The notes under the pieces were generated by a model. The model searched no databases. It was not told where the DNA came from and saw only the letters and a program-made list of their open reading frames with translations. 34,461 nt of DNA from Myxococcota bacterium (GTDB lineage Bacteria; Myxococcota_A; UBA9042; PHBI01; JAWLBL01): NCBI GenBank assembly GCA_041687695.1, contig JAWLBL010000044.1:1-34461 (forward strand), written 5' to 3'. Every line of letters starts with the position of its first letter. Positions within the stretch are counted from its first letter, which is position 1. Below, in pieces: positions 17,559 to 26,814 of this stretch. A program made the position numbers and the translations under genes.

Positions 17559-18608
17559 TCAGGCGGCGCGGGGGCCCGACAGGCGACGCGCGATGAGCCA
17601 GGCGGCGGCGGCGGCGGCCGTCGCGGCGGCGATCTCGCGGTGGTGCAGGCTCAGCCACGGGTAGAGGCTGTGCTCGAAGGTGTGGCCCTCCCAGTGGCCG
17701 CGCTCGCGGCCGGCCTCCATGGGCGCGTGGAGGTTGTTCTGGTCGGGCGGGCGCGGCGGGTCGTGGCTGAGCTGCAGCGGGGCCATGATGTGGCGCATCA
17801 CGAGGTCGGAGCTGTGCGGCAGCAGCGTGCCGAGCCAGGTGATGAGGCGCCCGGCGCCGCCGACCAGGACCGTGCGGACCGGGCGCTGGGCGGCCTCGAG
17901 GATGGCGTGGGCGACCAGCTCGGGGGCGTAGACCGGCGCTGGGTTCTTGGGCGCCTTGGGGAGCAGGTTCATGGCGTGCTCCTTGTAGGGCGTGTTCACC
18001 GAGGCCGGCTTGACGAGCGTGACCGAGACCGGGCAGCGGTCCATCTCGAGCTCGACCCGCAGCGCGTCGGTCAGCGCCTTGACCGCGTGTTTGGTGGCCG
18101 AGTAGATGCCCTGCAGCGGGATGGCGCGGTCGCTCAGGACGCTGCCGACGTTGATGATGGCGCCGCCGTGGCGCCGCAGGTGGCGGGCGGCCACGCGGCA
18201 GCCGTTGACGTAGCCGAAGTAGTTGGTCTCGAAGACGCGCCGGTGGTCGTCCATCGAGACCCGCTCGATGCGCCCGTAGATCGACACGGCGGCGTTGTTG
18301 ACCCAGGTGTCCAGGCCGCCGAAGGCCTCGAGGGCCGCGCGGGCGATGGCCTCGACGTCGGCTTCGCGGGCGACGTCGGCGGTCACGGCGACCGCCTGGC
18401 CCCCCTCGGCGCGCAGGTCGCCGACGATGCGTCGCAGCCCCTGGGCGTTGCGGGCCGCGAGCACGACGCGGGCGCCGCGCCGGGCCGCCGCGCGCGCCGT
18501 GACCAGTCCGATGCCGCTGGTCGCGCCGGTCACGACCACGACCTGATCCTCGAGCGGCTTGAGCCGCGCCTTCGTCGCCGTCGCCATCGCCGTCGCCGTC
18601 GCCTTCAT
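17559..18608 (-). CDS. short-chain dehydrogenase/reductase
   Basis: C-terminus of the 1515-aa shadow ORF: TGATSGIG, VNNAA, NVGS, YSATK. ATG 18608 with GGGAGG RBS. Confidence 0.92.
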   Translation of the reverse strand: MKATATAMATATKARLKPLEDQVVVVTGATSGIGLVTARAAARRGARVVLAARNAQGLRRIVGDLRAEGGQAVAVTADVAREADVEAIARAALEAFGGLDTWVNNAAVSIYGRIERVSMDDHRRVFETNYFGYVNGCRVAARHLRRHGGAIINVGSVLSDRAIPLQGIYSATKHAVKALTDALRVELEMDRCPVSVTLVKPASVNTPYKEHAMNLLPKAPKNPAPVYAPELVAHAILEAAQRPVRTVLVGGAGRLITWLGTLLPHSSDLVMRHIMAPLQLSHDPPRPPDQNNLHAPMEAGRERGHWEGHTFEHSLYPWLSLHHREIAAATAAAAAAWLIARRLSGPRAA

Positions 18609-18694
18609 GGGCGTCCCTCCCCGAGTGACCGACCTGGGTCCTGCTTTAGCCGCGAGGGGGGCGAAATCAAGACGGGGCCGAGGGGCGGCGCGGG

Positions 18695-20890
18695 TCAGGG
18701 CTGGCCGATGAGGCGCTTGATGCGCTCCGCGTGGCGGGCGTAGAGCAGGCCGCAGGTGAGCAGGAGGGCGCCGACGACCAGCAGGACCACCATCTGCTGA
18801 AGGCGCGTGAGGCTCCAGATGTCGACGAGGGCGAGCTTGACGAGGGTGACCGCGAGGACGGTGAGGCCGACCCAGCGGCGGTGCGCGGCGCGGGTGAGGA
18901 AGCCGAGGGCGAGGGCGGCGGCGCCGTAGACGCCCAGGGTCAAGGTGGCGATGGCGGCCTTGCGGGTCAGGGCGGCGTCGGCGGCGGCCTGGTCGACGGT
19001 GGCGCTGAGGAGGTCCGGCGGCGCGGCGTCGAGGCCGAACAGGCGCACGGCGACGGTGATGGCGGCGCCGACCAGCAGGGCGTGGCCGGCGGTGAGGGCG
19101 GCCGGGAAGGCGCCGGCGGGGAGCGCGAAGGGCAGGGGCGGGCGCGCGGCGCGGGCGACGGCGAGGGTGGCCAGGCCGGTGGCGAGCAGGACCAGGGCGC
19201 GGCGGTCGAGCGGGCCGGCGAGGGGCGCGGGGGCGGCCCAGAAGTCGAGGGCCAGCAGGTGGACGGCGGCGAGGGCGACCAGGGCGGCGCCGCTGGCGAC
19301 GGCGTGGGGGACGGCGGTGCGGCGGCCGGCCAGGGCGAGGGCGGCGCCGAGGGCGGCCCAGGCGAGGGGGCGGCCGGGACCGTCGGCGGCGAAGAGGATG
19401 GCGACGGCGGCGCCGGCGGCGGCGAGGGCGATGGCGAGGCCCGCGGTCTGCAGGTGGCCGCGGCGGACGAGGAGGACGGCCGTGGCGAGGTTGGCGGCGG
19501 CGAGGGCGGCGAGGAGCGGCGCGCTGGGCGCCGGGGCGGTGGCGGCGAAGGTCCCGACGGCGAGGGTCGGCAGGGCGAGGGCCCAGGCGAGCAGGCGGGG
19601 GGCCGGGACGGGGCGCAGCGACGAGGCGAGGGCGGCCAGCCAGGGCGGGGCGGCCCAGGCGAGGTGGAGGGCCGGGGAGGCGCGCTCGGGGCTGGCGAGG
19701 ACCAGGGCGGCCGCGCTGGCGAGGGCCGGGACGACGAGGGCGGCGCGGCCGAGGGCCAGGAGGGCGGCCGCGGCGACGAGGAGGACGGCGCCGAGGGCGA
19801 GGGGGAGGGCGACCGGGTGGGCGCGCAGGAGCAGGCCGGTGGTGAGGACGAGGGCGACGGGGGCGGCGGCGAGGAGGGCGTCGGCGAAGTCGGGGGCGCC
19901 GGGCCAGCGGCGGGCGGCGGCGGCGACGGCGAGGGCGAGCAGGGTGGCCGCGATGAGGGGCGCGGGCAGGCCGGGGTCGGGGGCGAGGGCGGCCCAGCCG
20001 GCGAGCAGGGCGGCGCCGCCCAGGGTGGCGACGGCGGCGGCCCAGGGCCAGGCGCGGCGGCGGGCGATGGCGAGGGCGCCGGTGGTGAGGGGGACCATCC
20101 AGCCGACCAGGAGCAGGCCCGAGGGGGCGCCGGGGGCGAGCAGGAAGGGGTTGGCCAGGCCGGCGGCGAGGGCGGTGACCAGCAGGGGCTGGCTGGCGGC
20201 GCGCCAGGCGAGGGCGCCGCCGAGGGCGACGACGGCGGCGAAGGCGGCGAAGGCCGGGACCGCGGGGAGCAGGGCGTACCAGGCGTGGGCGGCCCAGACG
20301 GTGACGAGCAGGATGGCGAGGCCGCTGCCGGCGGCGACGTCGCGCCAGCGGGCGTCGACGCGGCGGCCCAGGGCTTCGGCGAGGCCGAGCAGGCCCAGGC
20401 CGGCGGAGGCGCCGACCAGGACGCGGCCGAGGGGGCCGAGCCAGTCCTCGGAGACGGCGACCTTGAAGAAGTAGACCAGGCCGGCGAGCAGGGTCACGGC
20501 CCCGAGGCGGGTGGCCCAGGTCAGGCCGACGGCGGCCTCGACGTCGCTGGCGCGTTGGGGCGCGGGCGCGCTGGGCCCGGCGGGAGCCGTGGTCGCGGCG
20601 GGCGCGGCGGGCTGCCAGGGTTCGCTCTCCGGCAGGGCGATGGCCCCCTCGTGAGCGGCCTGCGGCGCGGTGGCGTCTGGCTTGGGGCCGGCCTCGAGGG
20701 CGGCGAGGCGGCGGCGGAGGGCGTCGACGTCGGCGCGGAGGCGGCGCGCCTCGTCGAGCGCACGGGAGGCGCGGTGAAGCGCGGTCGCGAGCGCGACGAC
20801 CGCGACGAGCAGCAGGACGAGCCAGCCCTCGCCGATGGAGATGGAGGCCACCACGGCGGCACCATGCCCAAAGGGCGAGGGAAATTCCAT
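18695..20890 (-). CDS. DUF2339-like multi-pass membrane protein
   Basis: DVEAAVGLTWATRLGAVTLLAGLVYFFK...WLGPLGRV and C-terminal RWVGL...KLALVD...GALLL..GLLY. Extremely Ala/Leu rich. Start uncertain. Confidence 0.8.
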   Translation of the reverse strand: MEFPSPFGHGAAVVASISIGEGWLVLLLVAVVALATALHRASRALDEARRLRADVDALRRRLAALEAGPKPDATAPQAAHEGAIALPESEPWQPAAPAATTAPAGPSAPAPQRASDVEAAVGLTWATRLGAVTLLAGLVYFFKVAVSEDWLGPLGRVLVGASAGLGLLGLAEALGRRVDARWRDVAAGSGLAILLVTVWAAHAWYALLPAVPAFAAFAAVVALGGALAWRAASQPLLVTALAAGLANPFLLAPGAPSGLLLVGWMVPLTTGALAIARRRAWPWAAAVATLGGAALLAGWAALAPDPGLPAPLIAATLLALAVAAAARRWPGAPDFADALLAAAPVALVLTTGLLLRAHPVALPLALGAVLLVAAAALLALGRAALVVPALASAAALVLASPERASPALHLAWAAPPWLAALASSLRPVPAPRLLAWALALPTLAVGTFAATAPAPSAPLLAALAAANLATAVLLVRRGHLQTAGLAIALAAAGAAVAILFAADGPGRPLAWAALGAALALAGRRTAVPHAVASGAALVALAAVHLLALDFWAAPAPLAGPLDRRALVLLATGLATLAVARAARPPLPFALPAGAFPAALTAGHALLVGAAITVAVRLFGLDAAPPDLLSATVDQAAADAALTRKAAIATLTLGVYGAAALALGFLTRAAHRRWVGLTVLAVTLVKLALVDIWSLTRLQQMVVLLVVGALLLTCGLLYARHAERIKRLIGQP

Positions 20891-20917
20891 CGGCGGGGCG
20901 GCCTCTCGGAGGACCCG

Positions 20918-22471
20918 TCAGTTGGTGGCGGAGTTCTTGGCTCCCGGCGTGCCCTTGTTCTCGGTCGGGCCAAAGGTCTTGGTAGCCGTCTTCCAGGACG
21001 ACAGCTCGGCGCCGTTGTTCGTGTGCGAGATGCGCTCGAGGCTGGCGCCGAGCTTGAACACCTTGGGCTCGTCGAAGGCGCTGTAGCGCATCTGGTCCAC
21101 GAACTGTCCCTGCGCGTTGTACAGCAGGACCGAGCCGATGGTGTTCGGCAGGTAGAAGGCCTGGCCGTAGGCGTAGTCGACCGGGACGCCGCCGTTGAGG
21201 GTCGAGTTCGACGCGGCGCCGAGCACGAAGTAGCCCTTGGCGGGCACGACCGCGCCCGCGCCGATGAGGGTCACCTTCTGCGAGCCGCAGTCGCGGACGG
21301 ACCAGCCGTCGAGGCTCACCGGGTCGTTGCCCGGGTTGTACAGCTCGATCCACTCCTGCATCGTGTCCTCGCCGAACGGGTCGGGCATGACCTCGTTGAC
21401 GACCAGCTGGTGGGTGCCGAGGACGTCCATGCCGACGACGCACTGGGCCTTGATGCACTTGCTGAGGGCGCCCTCGCTGCCCTTGACCAGCACGACGAGA
21501 TCGTCGTCGGTGCGCGGCTCGAGCTTGTGGTTGCCGAAGGTGTAGTGCAGCGGCCCCGTGATGGAGGCGAAGTGGTCGCCCAGGCGCGCCGGGAACTTCA
21601 CGGCGACGTCGTCGACGCGGAGGCCGCCGGTCACCTCGAACTCGCCGTAGTCGTGCGGGCAGTCGGGCTGGGTGTGGGTCGTCTTCACGTCGGTCACCTG
21701 GACCAGGACGCCCTCGAACAGCTCGGCGACGGGGCCGGCGGTCGCGACGTGCGACGGGTGCGCGATGGGGTAGGGCGCGGGCGCGGGGCCCTGGTCCTTG
21801 ACCGTCCACTTGGTCAGGTAGATCTGGCTGTTGTCGAAGTACTCGGAGTAGCTGCCCTCGACGTCGACGACGGTGCCGGGCACCAGATCGCCCGTGAAGT
21901 CGCCATGCGAGAAGACGGCGATGCCGCTGTAGGGGCCGCCCTCGGGCTCCTGCACGAAGAAGGTGTCGCCGAAGCGGGCCGTGACGATGACGTCCTTGAC
22001 GACCACCTCGACGCCGTTCGAGCCGATGGGCGCGGGCGTGATGTGGTCGGGGCAGCCCGGGTTCTGGAGATCGTAGATGTTGCGATCGCCGCCGGGCGGC
22101 GAGCACAGCGTGAAGTCGACCACGACGTCCGGCTCGGGGATCGGCGGGGCGGTGTCGGTGGGCACGTCCTCGGCCACGTCGGGGTCCACCGGGACGTCGG
22201 GGGGCGGCTCGACGTCTTCGAGCGCGTCCGGCTCGGTCGCGTCGTCGAGGACGTCGGTGGCGTCGTCGAGCGCGTCGGGCTCGGGCGTCGCGTCGGCGTC
22301 GTCCTCCGGCTCGGGGACGTCACCCTTGGCGGTGTCGCCGCCGAGATCGTCGACGCCGAGGTCCGGCAGCGGGCCGGTCGCGCTGCCGGACGGATCCGAG
22401 CAGGCGGCGAGCGCGAGGGACAAGGCGATGGGGGCGAGGCGGCGGGCCGTGAGGCGGATGGGGTGGCGCAT
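20918..22471 (-). CDS. lipoprotein with acidic linker, two OB-fold-like modules and a C-terminal lamin-tail domain
   Basis: ATG 22471, lipobox LAAC; IYDLQ...VIVTA...FFVQE...YSGIAVF...PGTVVDVEG.YSEY; ELFEGVLVQV; VVNEVMPDP...EWIELYN...GTPGAKN. Confidence 0.82.
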   Translation of the reverse strand: MRHPIRLTARRLAPIALSLALAACSDPSGSATGPLPDLGVDDLGGDTAKGDVPEPEDDADATPEPDALDDATDVLDDATEPDALEDVEPPPDVPVDPDVAEDVPTDTAPPIPEPDVVVDFTLCSPPGGDRNIYDLQNPGCPDHITPAPIGSNGVEVVVKDVIVTARFGDTFFVQEPEGGPYSGIAVFSHGDFTGDLVPGTVVDVEGSYSEYFDNSQIYLTKWTVKDQGPAPAPYPIAHPSHVATAGPVAELFEGVLVQVTDVKTTHTQPDCPHDYGEFEVTGGLRVDDVAVKFPARLGDHFASITGPLHYTFGNHKLEPRTDDDLVVLVKGSEGALSKCIKAQCVVGMDVLGTHQLVVNEVMPDPFGEDTMQEWIELYNPGNDPVSLDGWSVRDCGSQKVTLIGAGAVVPAKGYFVLGAASNSTLNGGVPVDYAYGQAFYLPNTIGSVLLYNAQGQFVDQMRYSAFDEPKVFKLGASLERISHTNNGAELSSWKTATKTFGPTENKGTPGAKNSATN

Positions 22472-22521
22472 GGGCGCGCAGCCTAGGGATCGGGATCGGC
22501 TGCGGTCAAGCGACAAGCGCG

Positions 22522-22707
22522 CTACTGCGCGATGTCCAGGGACGCCCGCGCCGGCGGGGCCTCGCGGGGGCCGTCCGGGGGCGCGTCGTCGCGGCCGCCG
22601 AGCACCCAGAAGGTGGCCCCGAGCGACGCCGCGAGCAGCGCGATGAGAATAAGGACGCCCATCGACCACTTGAGTGGAACGTTGCGTCGCGTCGGTTCGC
22701 GTGGCAC
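22522..22707 (-). CDS. possible small single-TM protein
   Basis: Hydrophobic stretch MGVLILIALLAASLGATFWVLGG. Fills the gap upstream of the lipoprotein gene. Start GTG 22707 or ATG 22662. Confidence 0.4.
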   Translation of the reverse strand: MPREPTRRNVPLKWSMGVLILIALLAASLGATFWVLGGRDDAPPDGPREAPPARASLDIAQ

Positions 22708-22717
22708 GGGGGCGAGT

Positions 22718-23341
22718 ATGAGCTTGATACGAGGGACGGGCCAGGCGGTGGTCGCGGCCACCCTGGCGGTGGGCGTCGCCTGCGGGCTGGGCTGGGCGTC
22801 GCGGCTGGTCTACATCGCGGGCCTGTGGCCCTTGACCATCGGCCTCGCCGCCGGCGCGGGGGCCGCCTTCGCTGCGCTCGTCCTGGGCGGGCTGCCCGGG
22901 CGCGGGCCACGGGTCGCCGCCGTCGTCGCCTCGGTGCTGGGGCTCGGGACCCTCGCCGCCATGGACGACCTGCACTTCCGCGCCGCCTGGCGCGCCGATC
23001 TCGCCGCCGCGCGCTTCGCCGACAGCGGCGCCGGGCCGACCGAGGCCCTCGAGGCCGACGAGGTCGCCTTCTGGGGCGACAACGCCGACGTGCTGCTCGA
23101 CGCCCAGGCCATGGCCGACACCGGCGCCCAGGGCTTCGCCGGGCGCTGGCTGCTGCGCGCCGACGCGGGCGTGCGCCTGTTCGGTGGCTGGCAGGCCAGC
23201 CGAGGCCTCCCCGTCGGCGTCTGGGGCGCCGCGATCTGGTCCCTGCTCGAGCTGGCCCTCGCCATCGCCGTCGCCCTCGGGGTCATCCGCCGCGTCGAGC
23301 GCCGCCTCCTCGCCCCGCAGCCCGCGCCGACCACCGCCTGA
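22718..23341 (+). CDS. hypothetical membrane protein (about 4 TM)
   Basis: Three N-terminal and one C-terminal hydrophobic segments, high-GC3 codon usage. Start placed at ATG 22718. Confidence 0.7.
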   Translation: MSLIRGTGQAVVAATLAVGVACGLGWASRLVYIAGLWPLTIGLAAGAGAAFAALVLGGLPGRGPRVAAVVASVLGLGTLAAMDDLHFRAAWRADLAAARFADSGAGPTEALEADEVAFWGDNADVLLDAQAMADTGAQGFAGRWLLRADAGVRLFGGWQASRGLPVGVWGAAIWSLLELALAIAVALGVIRRVERRLLAPQPAPTTA

Positions 23342-23344
23342 GCG

Positions 23345-24283
23345 TCACTCCCGGCACTTCGCCTCGCGCCCGACGACCTCGACCTCGCCCCCCAGCGGCC
23401 CGGCCGTCAGCAGCGCCGCCACCTCGCGCGCCTGCCGCAGCGCCTCCGCCTGCCCATCGGCGCCCATCGTGATCTTCGCGCGCCCGCCGCCGATGCGCTC
23501 CATCACCCGCGGCGCCATCACGACCCGCCCCTCGAACGCCATGACCACGACCTGCCCCACGGCCCGCTCGGTCATCGCCGCGAAGCGCTCCCCGCCGGCC
23601 GGTGTGAACGTGACCTCGATCTCGGGCCCCCAGTCGGCGTCCGTCACCACCTTCGCGCCCGCCACGTCGCGCCCGCCGACCTCCGGCGCCTCGTCCACCG
23701 CCCACAACGCCACGGCCTCGTCGGTCCCCTCCCGCGCGGGCCGCCCCTCGGCCATCACCCGCACCCCGCTCGGCACCCGCAGCCCCGCCAGCCGCTCGGC
23801 GACCTGCGCGAACCCCATCCCCTCGACCACCACCGCGCCCAGCCCGTCCTCGCGCGCCGTCACCCCGGGCCACTCCAGCACCTGGGCCAGCACCCGCGCC
23901 GCAACCCCCGCCGTCGTCCGATGCAGCGTCAGCAGCCCCGACCGCGTCGCCCACCGCTCCAGCGACCGCACCGCGTCCCCCAGCGCCGCCTCGTCACACG
24001 CCCCACCCGGCAGCACCCCGACCCGCGCGCTCACCCGCTCCGGACCCGCCACCGTCACCTCGATGGCCCCCAGCGGCAGCAGCCCCTCGGCCGACAGCCG
24101 CTCCAGCCGCGCCCGCAGCCCGGCCGCGACCGCCTCGGCCCCGCCTCGGACCTCCAGCGTCAACGCCACCGATCCGGCGGCCGGCGCCGGCGCGACCCGC
24201 GCGGGCTCGGCGCGCTCACGCCCGCAGGCGGCCAGGATCGACAGACACAGGACGAACGCGATCGGGTAGGCATGGCGGTTCAT
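23345..24283 (-). CDS. lipoprotein with SecD/SecF P1 head subdomain
   Basis: Lipobox LAAC; C-terminal PEIEVTFTPAGGERFAAMTERAVGQ...EGRVVMAPRVMERIGGGRAKIT...AALLTAGPL. No RND-type TM domain. Confidence 0.75.
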   Translation of the reverse strand: MNRHAYPIAFVLCLSILAACGRERAEPARVAPAPAAGSVALTLEVRGGAEAVAAGLRARLERLSAEGLLPLGAIEVTVAGPERVSARVGVLPGGACDEAALGDAVRSLERWATRSGLLTLHRTTAGVAARVLAQVLEWPGVTAREDGLGAVVVEGMGFAQVAERLAGLRVPSGVRVMAEGRPAREGTDEAVALWAVDEAPEVGGRDVAGAKVVTDADWGPEIEVTFTPAGGERFAAMTERAVGQVVVMAFEGRVVMAPRVMERIGGGRAKITMGADGQAEALRQAREVAALLTAGPLGGEVEVVGREAKCRE

Positions 24284-24298
24284 GGCCCCGACCCTACC

Positions 24299-25267
24299 TC
24301 AAACGCTGAAGCGCAACACCTCGAACGCCAGCGCCCCCAGCAGCACCGCCCCACACACCCACGCCACCAGCCGCGCCTGCCGCGCCGCCTCGCCCACCTC
24401 GGGCCCGGGCGCCTCCCTCGGCCGCTGCACCCGCACCGTCCCCGACCGCCGCGGCGGCCGCGGCGCCCGCGCCGGCTTCGCCATGGCCGGCGAGTCACCC
24501 GCCTCCTGCGCCGCCTCGCCCCCGCCCTCGGCCGCCTCCTCGCGCTCGCGCTTCTTGATGAGCCGCTTGGCGAGCCGCGCCACCGCCGCCGCCCCGTCCG
24601 CCCCCGGGTCCAGCGGGAAGGCCGCCAGCGCCTCGTCCGCGTCGGCGAAGCTCTGATCGCCGTCCTGACACCGGTCCAGCCACGCGTCGATCTCGGCCGG
24701 CCACGCGTCCGTCATCTCCTGCGCCAGCCGCGCCACCGCCAGCAGATCCGTCTCCGGCTCGCCGACCGTCCCGAACCCGGTGACCCGCACGTCGCCGTCG
24801 CCGTCCAGCAGCACCGCGCCCGCGTCCAGCCGCCCGTGCACGATGACGCCGCCCTCGATCCCCGCCCGCGTCTCGCGCGCCGCCGCCAGCGCCGCCAGCA
24901 CGCCCCGCAGCACCCACGCGGCCGCCTCGACCTTCAGCCGCGCCCGCCCGCGCTTGGGGTACAGCGCGTCCAGCGACACGCCGTCGACCAGCTCCCACGA
25001 CGCCCAGGGCCGCCCGTCGGTCACCCCGTCGTCCAGCAGCGCCACGATGGCCCGGTGCGCCAGCCGCCGCGCCACGGTCGCCCGCTCCTGGAAGGCCGTC
25101 GCCTCGTCGGCGTCGTGCACGACGTGCGGGTGCAGCACCTCGAGCGCCACCGGCAGCGGCACACCGGCCCCGCCCTCTCGGATGGCCTTGTACACGGTCG
25201 CGCGCTCGCCCTCGGCGATGACGCGCATGAGACGGAAGGGCCCCAGCCCCTGGAGGTTCGATGCCAT
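24299..25267 (-). CDS. Ser/Thr kinase-like pseudokinase with C-terminal TM helix
   Basis: Kinase subdomains recognisable but degenerate: IAEGERATVY, VALE, LAHRAIV, ELVDGVSL, IVHGRL, VRVTGFG. Truncated C-lobe. Confidence 0.75.
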   Translation of the reverse strand: MASNLQGLGPFRLMRVIAEGERATVYKAIREGGAGVPLPVALEVLHPHVVHDADEATAFQERATVARRLAHRAIVALLDDGVTDGRPWASWELVDGVSLDALYPKRGRARLKVEAAAWVLRGVLAALAAARETRAGIEGGVIVHGRLDAGAVLLDGDGDVRVTGFGTVGEPETDLLAVARLAQEMTDAWPAEIDAWLDRCQDGDQSFADADEALAAFPLDPGADGAAAVARLAKRLIKKREREEAAEGGGEAAQEAGDSPAMAKPARAPRPPRRSGTVRVQRPREAPGPEVGEAARQARLVAWVCGAVLLGALAFEVLRFSV

Positions 25268-25301
25268 GGGCCGCCCAACGTCGCGGCAGCCCCGGCGAGC
25301 G

Positions 25302-26642
25302 TCAACTTTCCTGGCGCGCCTGGGCCATCAGGGCCTCGATCTCCTCGGGATCCTTGGGACAAGCCGCCGTCAGCACCCTCGGCGCGCCCTCGGTCACCAG
25401 CACGTCGTCCTCGATGCGCACGCCCAGCCCGCGGAAGCGCTCGGGCGCCTCCTGGTCGTCCTCGGCCACGTACAGCCCCGGCTCGACCGTCAGCACGAAC
25501 CCCGGCTCGAGCGGCCGCGACTCGCCGGCCACGCGGTAGGCGCCCACGTCGTGCACGTCCATGCCCAGCCAGTGCGCCGTCCCGTGCATGTAGTACCTCT
25601 TGAACTTGCCGTCCTTCACCAGCGCGTCGACGTCGCCCGACAGCAGCCCCAGCCGCACCATCCCCTCGGTCAGCACCCGCACCGACGCGTCGTGCACCTG
25701 CTCGTGGGTCACGCCCGGGCGGCACTGCTCGATGCTGGCCAGCTGCGCCTTCAGCACCAGGTCGTACAGCTCGCGCTGCGCCGGCGTGAACCGCCCGCTC
25801 GCTGGGAAGGTCCGCGTGATGTCGGCCGTGTAGTAGTCCACCTCGGCCCCGGCGTCGATGAGCACCAGGTCCTGCTCGCCGATGACCGCGTCGTTCTCGT
25901 GGTAGTGCAGGATGGTCGCGTTGGCGCCGCTGGCCACGATCGACTGGTAGCCGTTGCGCTCGCTGCCCAGCGTCCGGAACGTCCCCTCGATGACGCCCTG
26001 CAGCTGCCGCTCGGTCATCCCCGGCCGCACCGCCTTCATCGCCCGCGCGTGCGCCTCGGCCGACACGTCGGCCGCCCGCTGCATCGCCTCGGCCTCCTCG
26101 GGTCGCTTGAAAAGGCGCAGCTCGTGCAGCGTCGCCGCCGGGTGGTGCAGCTCGGCCGGCGGCGTCGGCCCGCGCCGCCCGCGCGCCCGCAGGTCGTTCA
26201 GCACGCCGATGATCTCGCGGTCCATCGCCTCGTCCTCGCCCAGCGCGAAGACCAGCACCCGCTTGTTCCCGATGGCCTCGACCAGCGCCTTCCTCCGATC
26301 CGCCGTCGCGTGCGCCGCGTCGGCCTTGTAGTCGCGCGTCGCCCCCTCGACGCCGGCGCGCCGCCCGTCCCAGGTCTCGCGCTCCGGGTCGCGCGGCCGC
26401 ACCACCAGCTCGAAGCGGCGCGTCTCGCCGTCCTTGACCAGCAGCACCAGCGTCTCGGGCTCGGTGAACCCGGTCAGGTAGTGCACGTCGCTGTGCTGGC
26501 GGTACTCGTGGCTCACGTCGTTGTTGCGCCGCGCCTCGGGCACCGACGCCAGCACCACGGCGCACGACTCGGGCAGGCGCTCGAACAGGGCGGCGCGGCG
26601 GGCGGCGTAGACCTCGGTCATGGCGGCGCTGGGAGCGGGCAT
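25302..26642 (-). CDS. pepP: Xaa-Pro aminopeptidase (proteobacterial PepP type)
   Basis: [77 protein letters not shown]. Confidence 0.93.
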   Translation of the reverse strand: MPAPSAAMTEVYAARRAALFERLPESCAVVLASVPEARRNNDVSHEYRQHSDVHYLTGFTEPETLVLLVKDGETRRFELVVRPRDPERETWDGRRAGVEGATRDYKADAAHATADRRKALVEAIGNKRVLVFALGEDEAMDREIIGVLNDLRARGRRGPTPPAELHHPAATLHELRLFKRPEEAEAMQRAADVSAEAHARAMKAVRPGMTERQLQGVIEGTFRTLGSERNGYQSIVASGANATILHYHENDAVIGEQDLVLIDAGAEVDYYTADITRTFPASGRFTPAQRELYDLVLKAQLASIEQCRPGVTHEQVHDASVRVLTEGMVRLGLLSGDVDALVKDGKFKRYYMHGTAHWLGMDVHDVGAYRVAGESRPLEPGFVLTVEPGLYVAEDDQEAPERFRGLGVRIEDDVLVTEGAPRVLTAACPKDPEEIEALMAQARQES

Positions 26643-26814
26643 CGGGCGTCTCCTGAGGGCGGTTCGGATGGCGCGGCACCATACGCCCCGGCCCGCCCCG
26701 CCTCAAGACGCCGATGACAGCCTCGCGCCGCGCCTCGTCCCGCGTCGTTGCGCGCCCCGACCGCCCCTGCTATGGAGCAGGCCCCCGAACCGGCCCCAGC
26801 GGAGCACGCCCCCC

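Noticed and set aside
17559..22486. Giant ORFs of 1515 aa (-) and 1251 aa (+)
   Set aside because: Arg/Pro- or Gly/Glu-rich shadow frames of the DUF2339 and LTD genes. Only the last 349 aa of the minus ORF is a real SDR.
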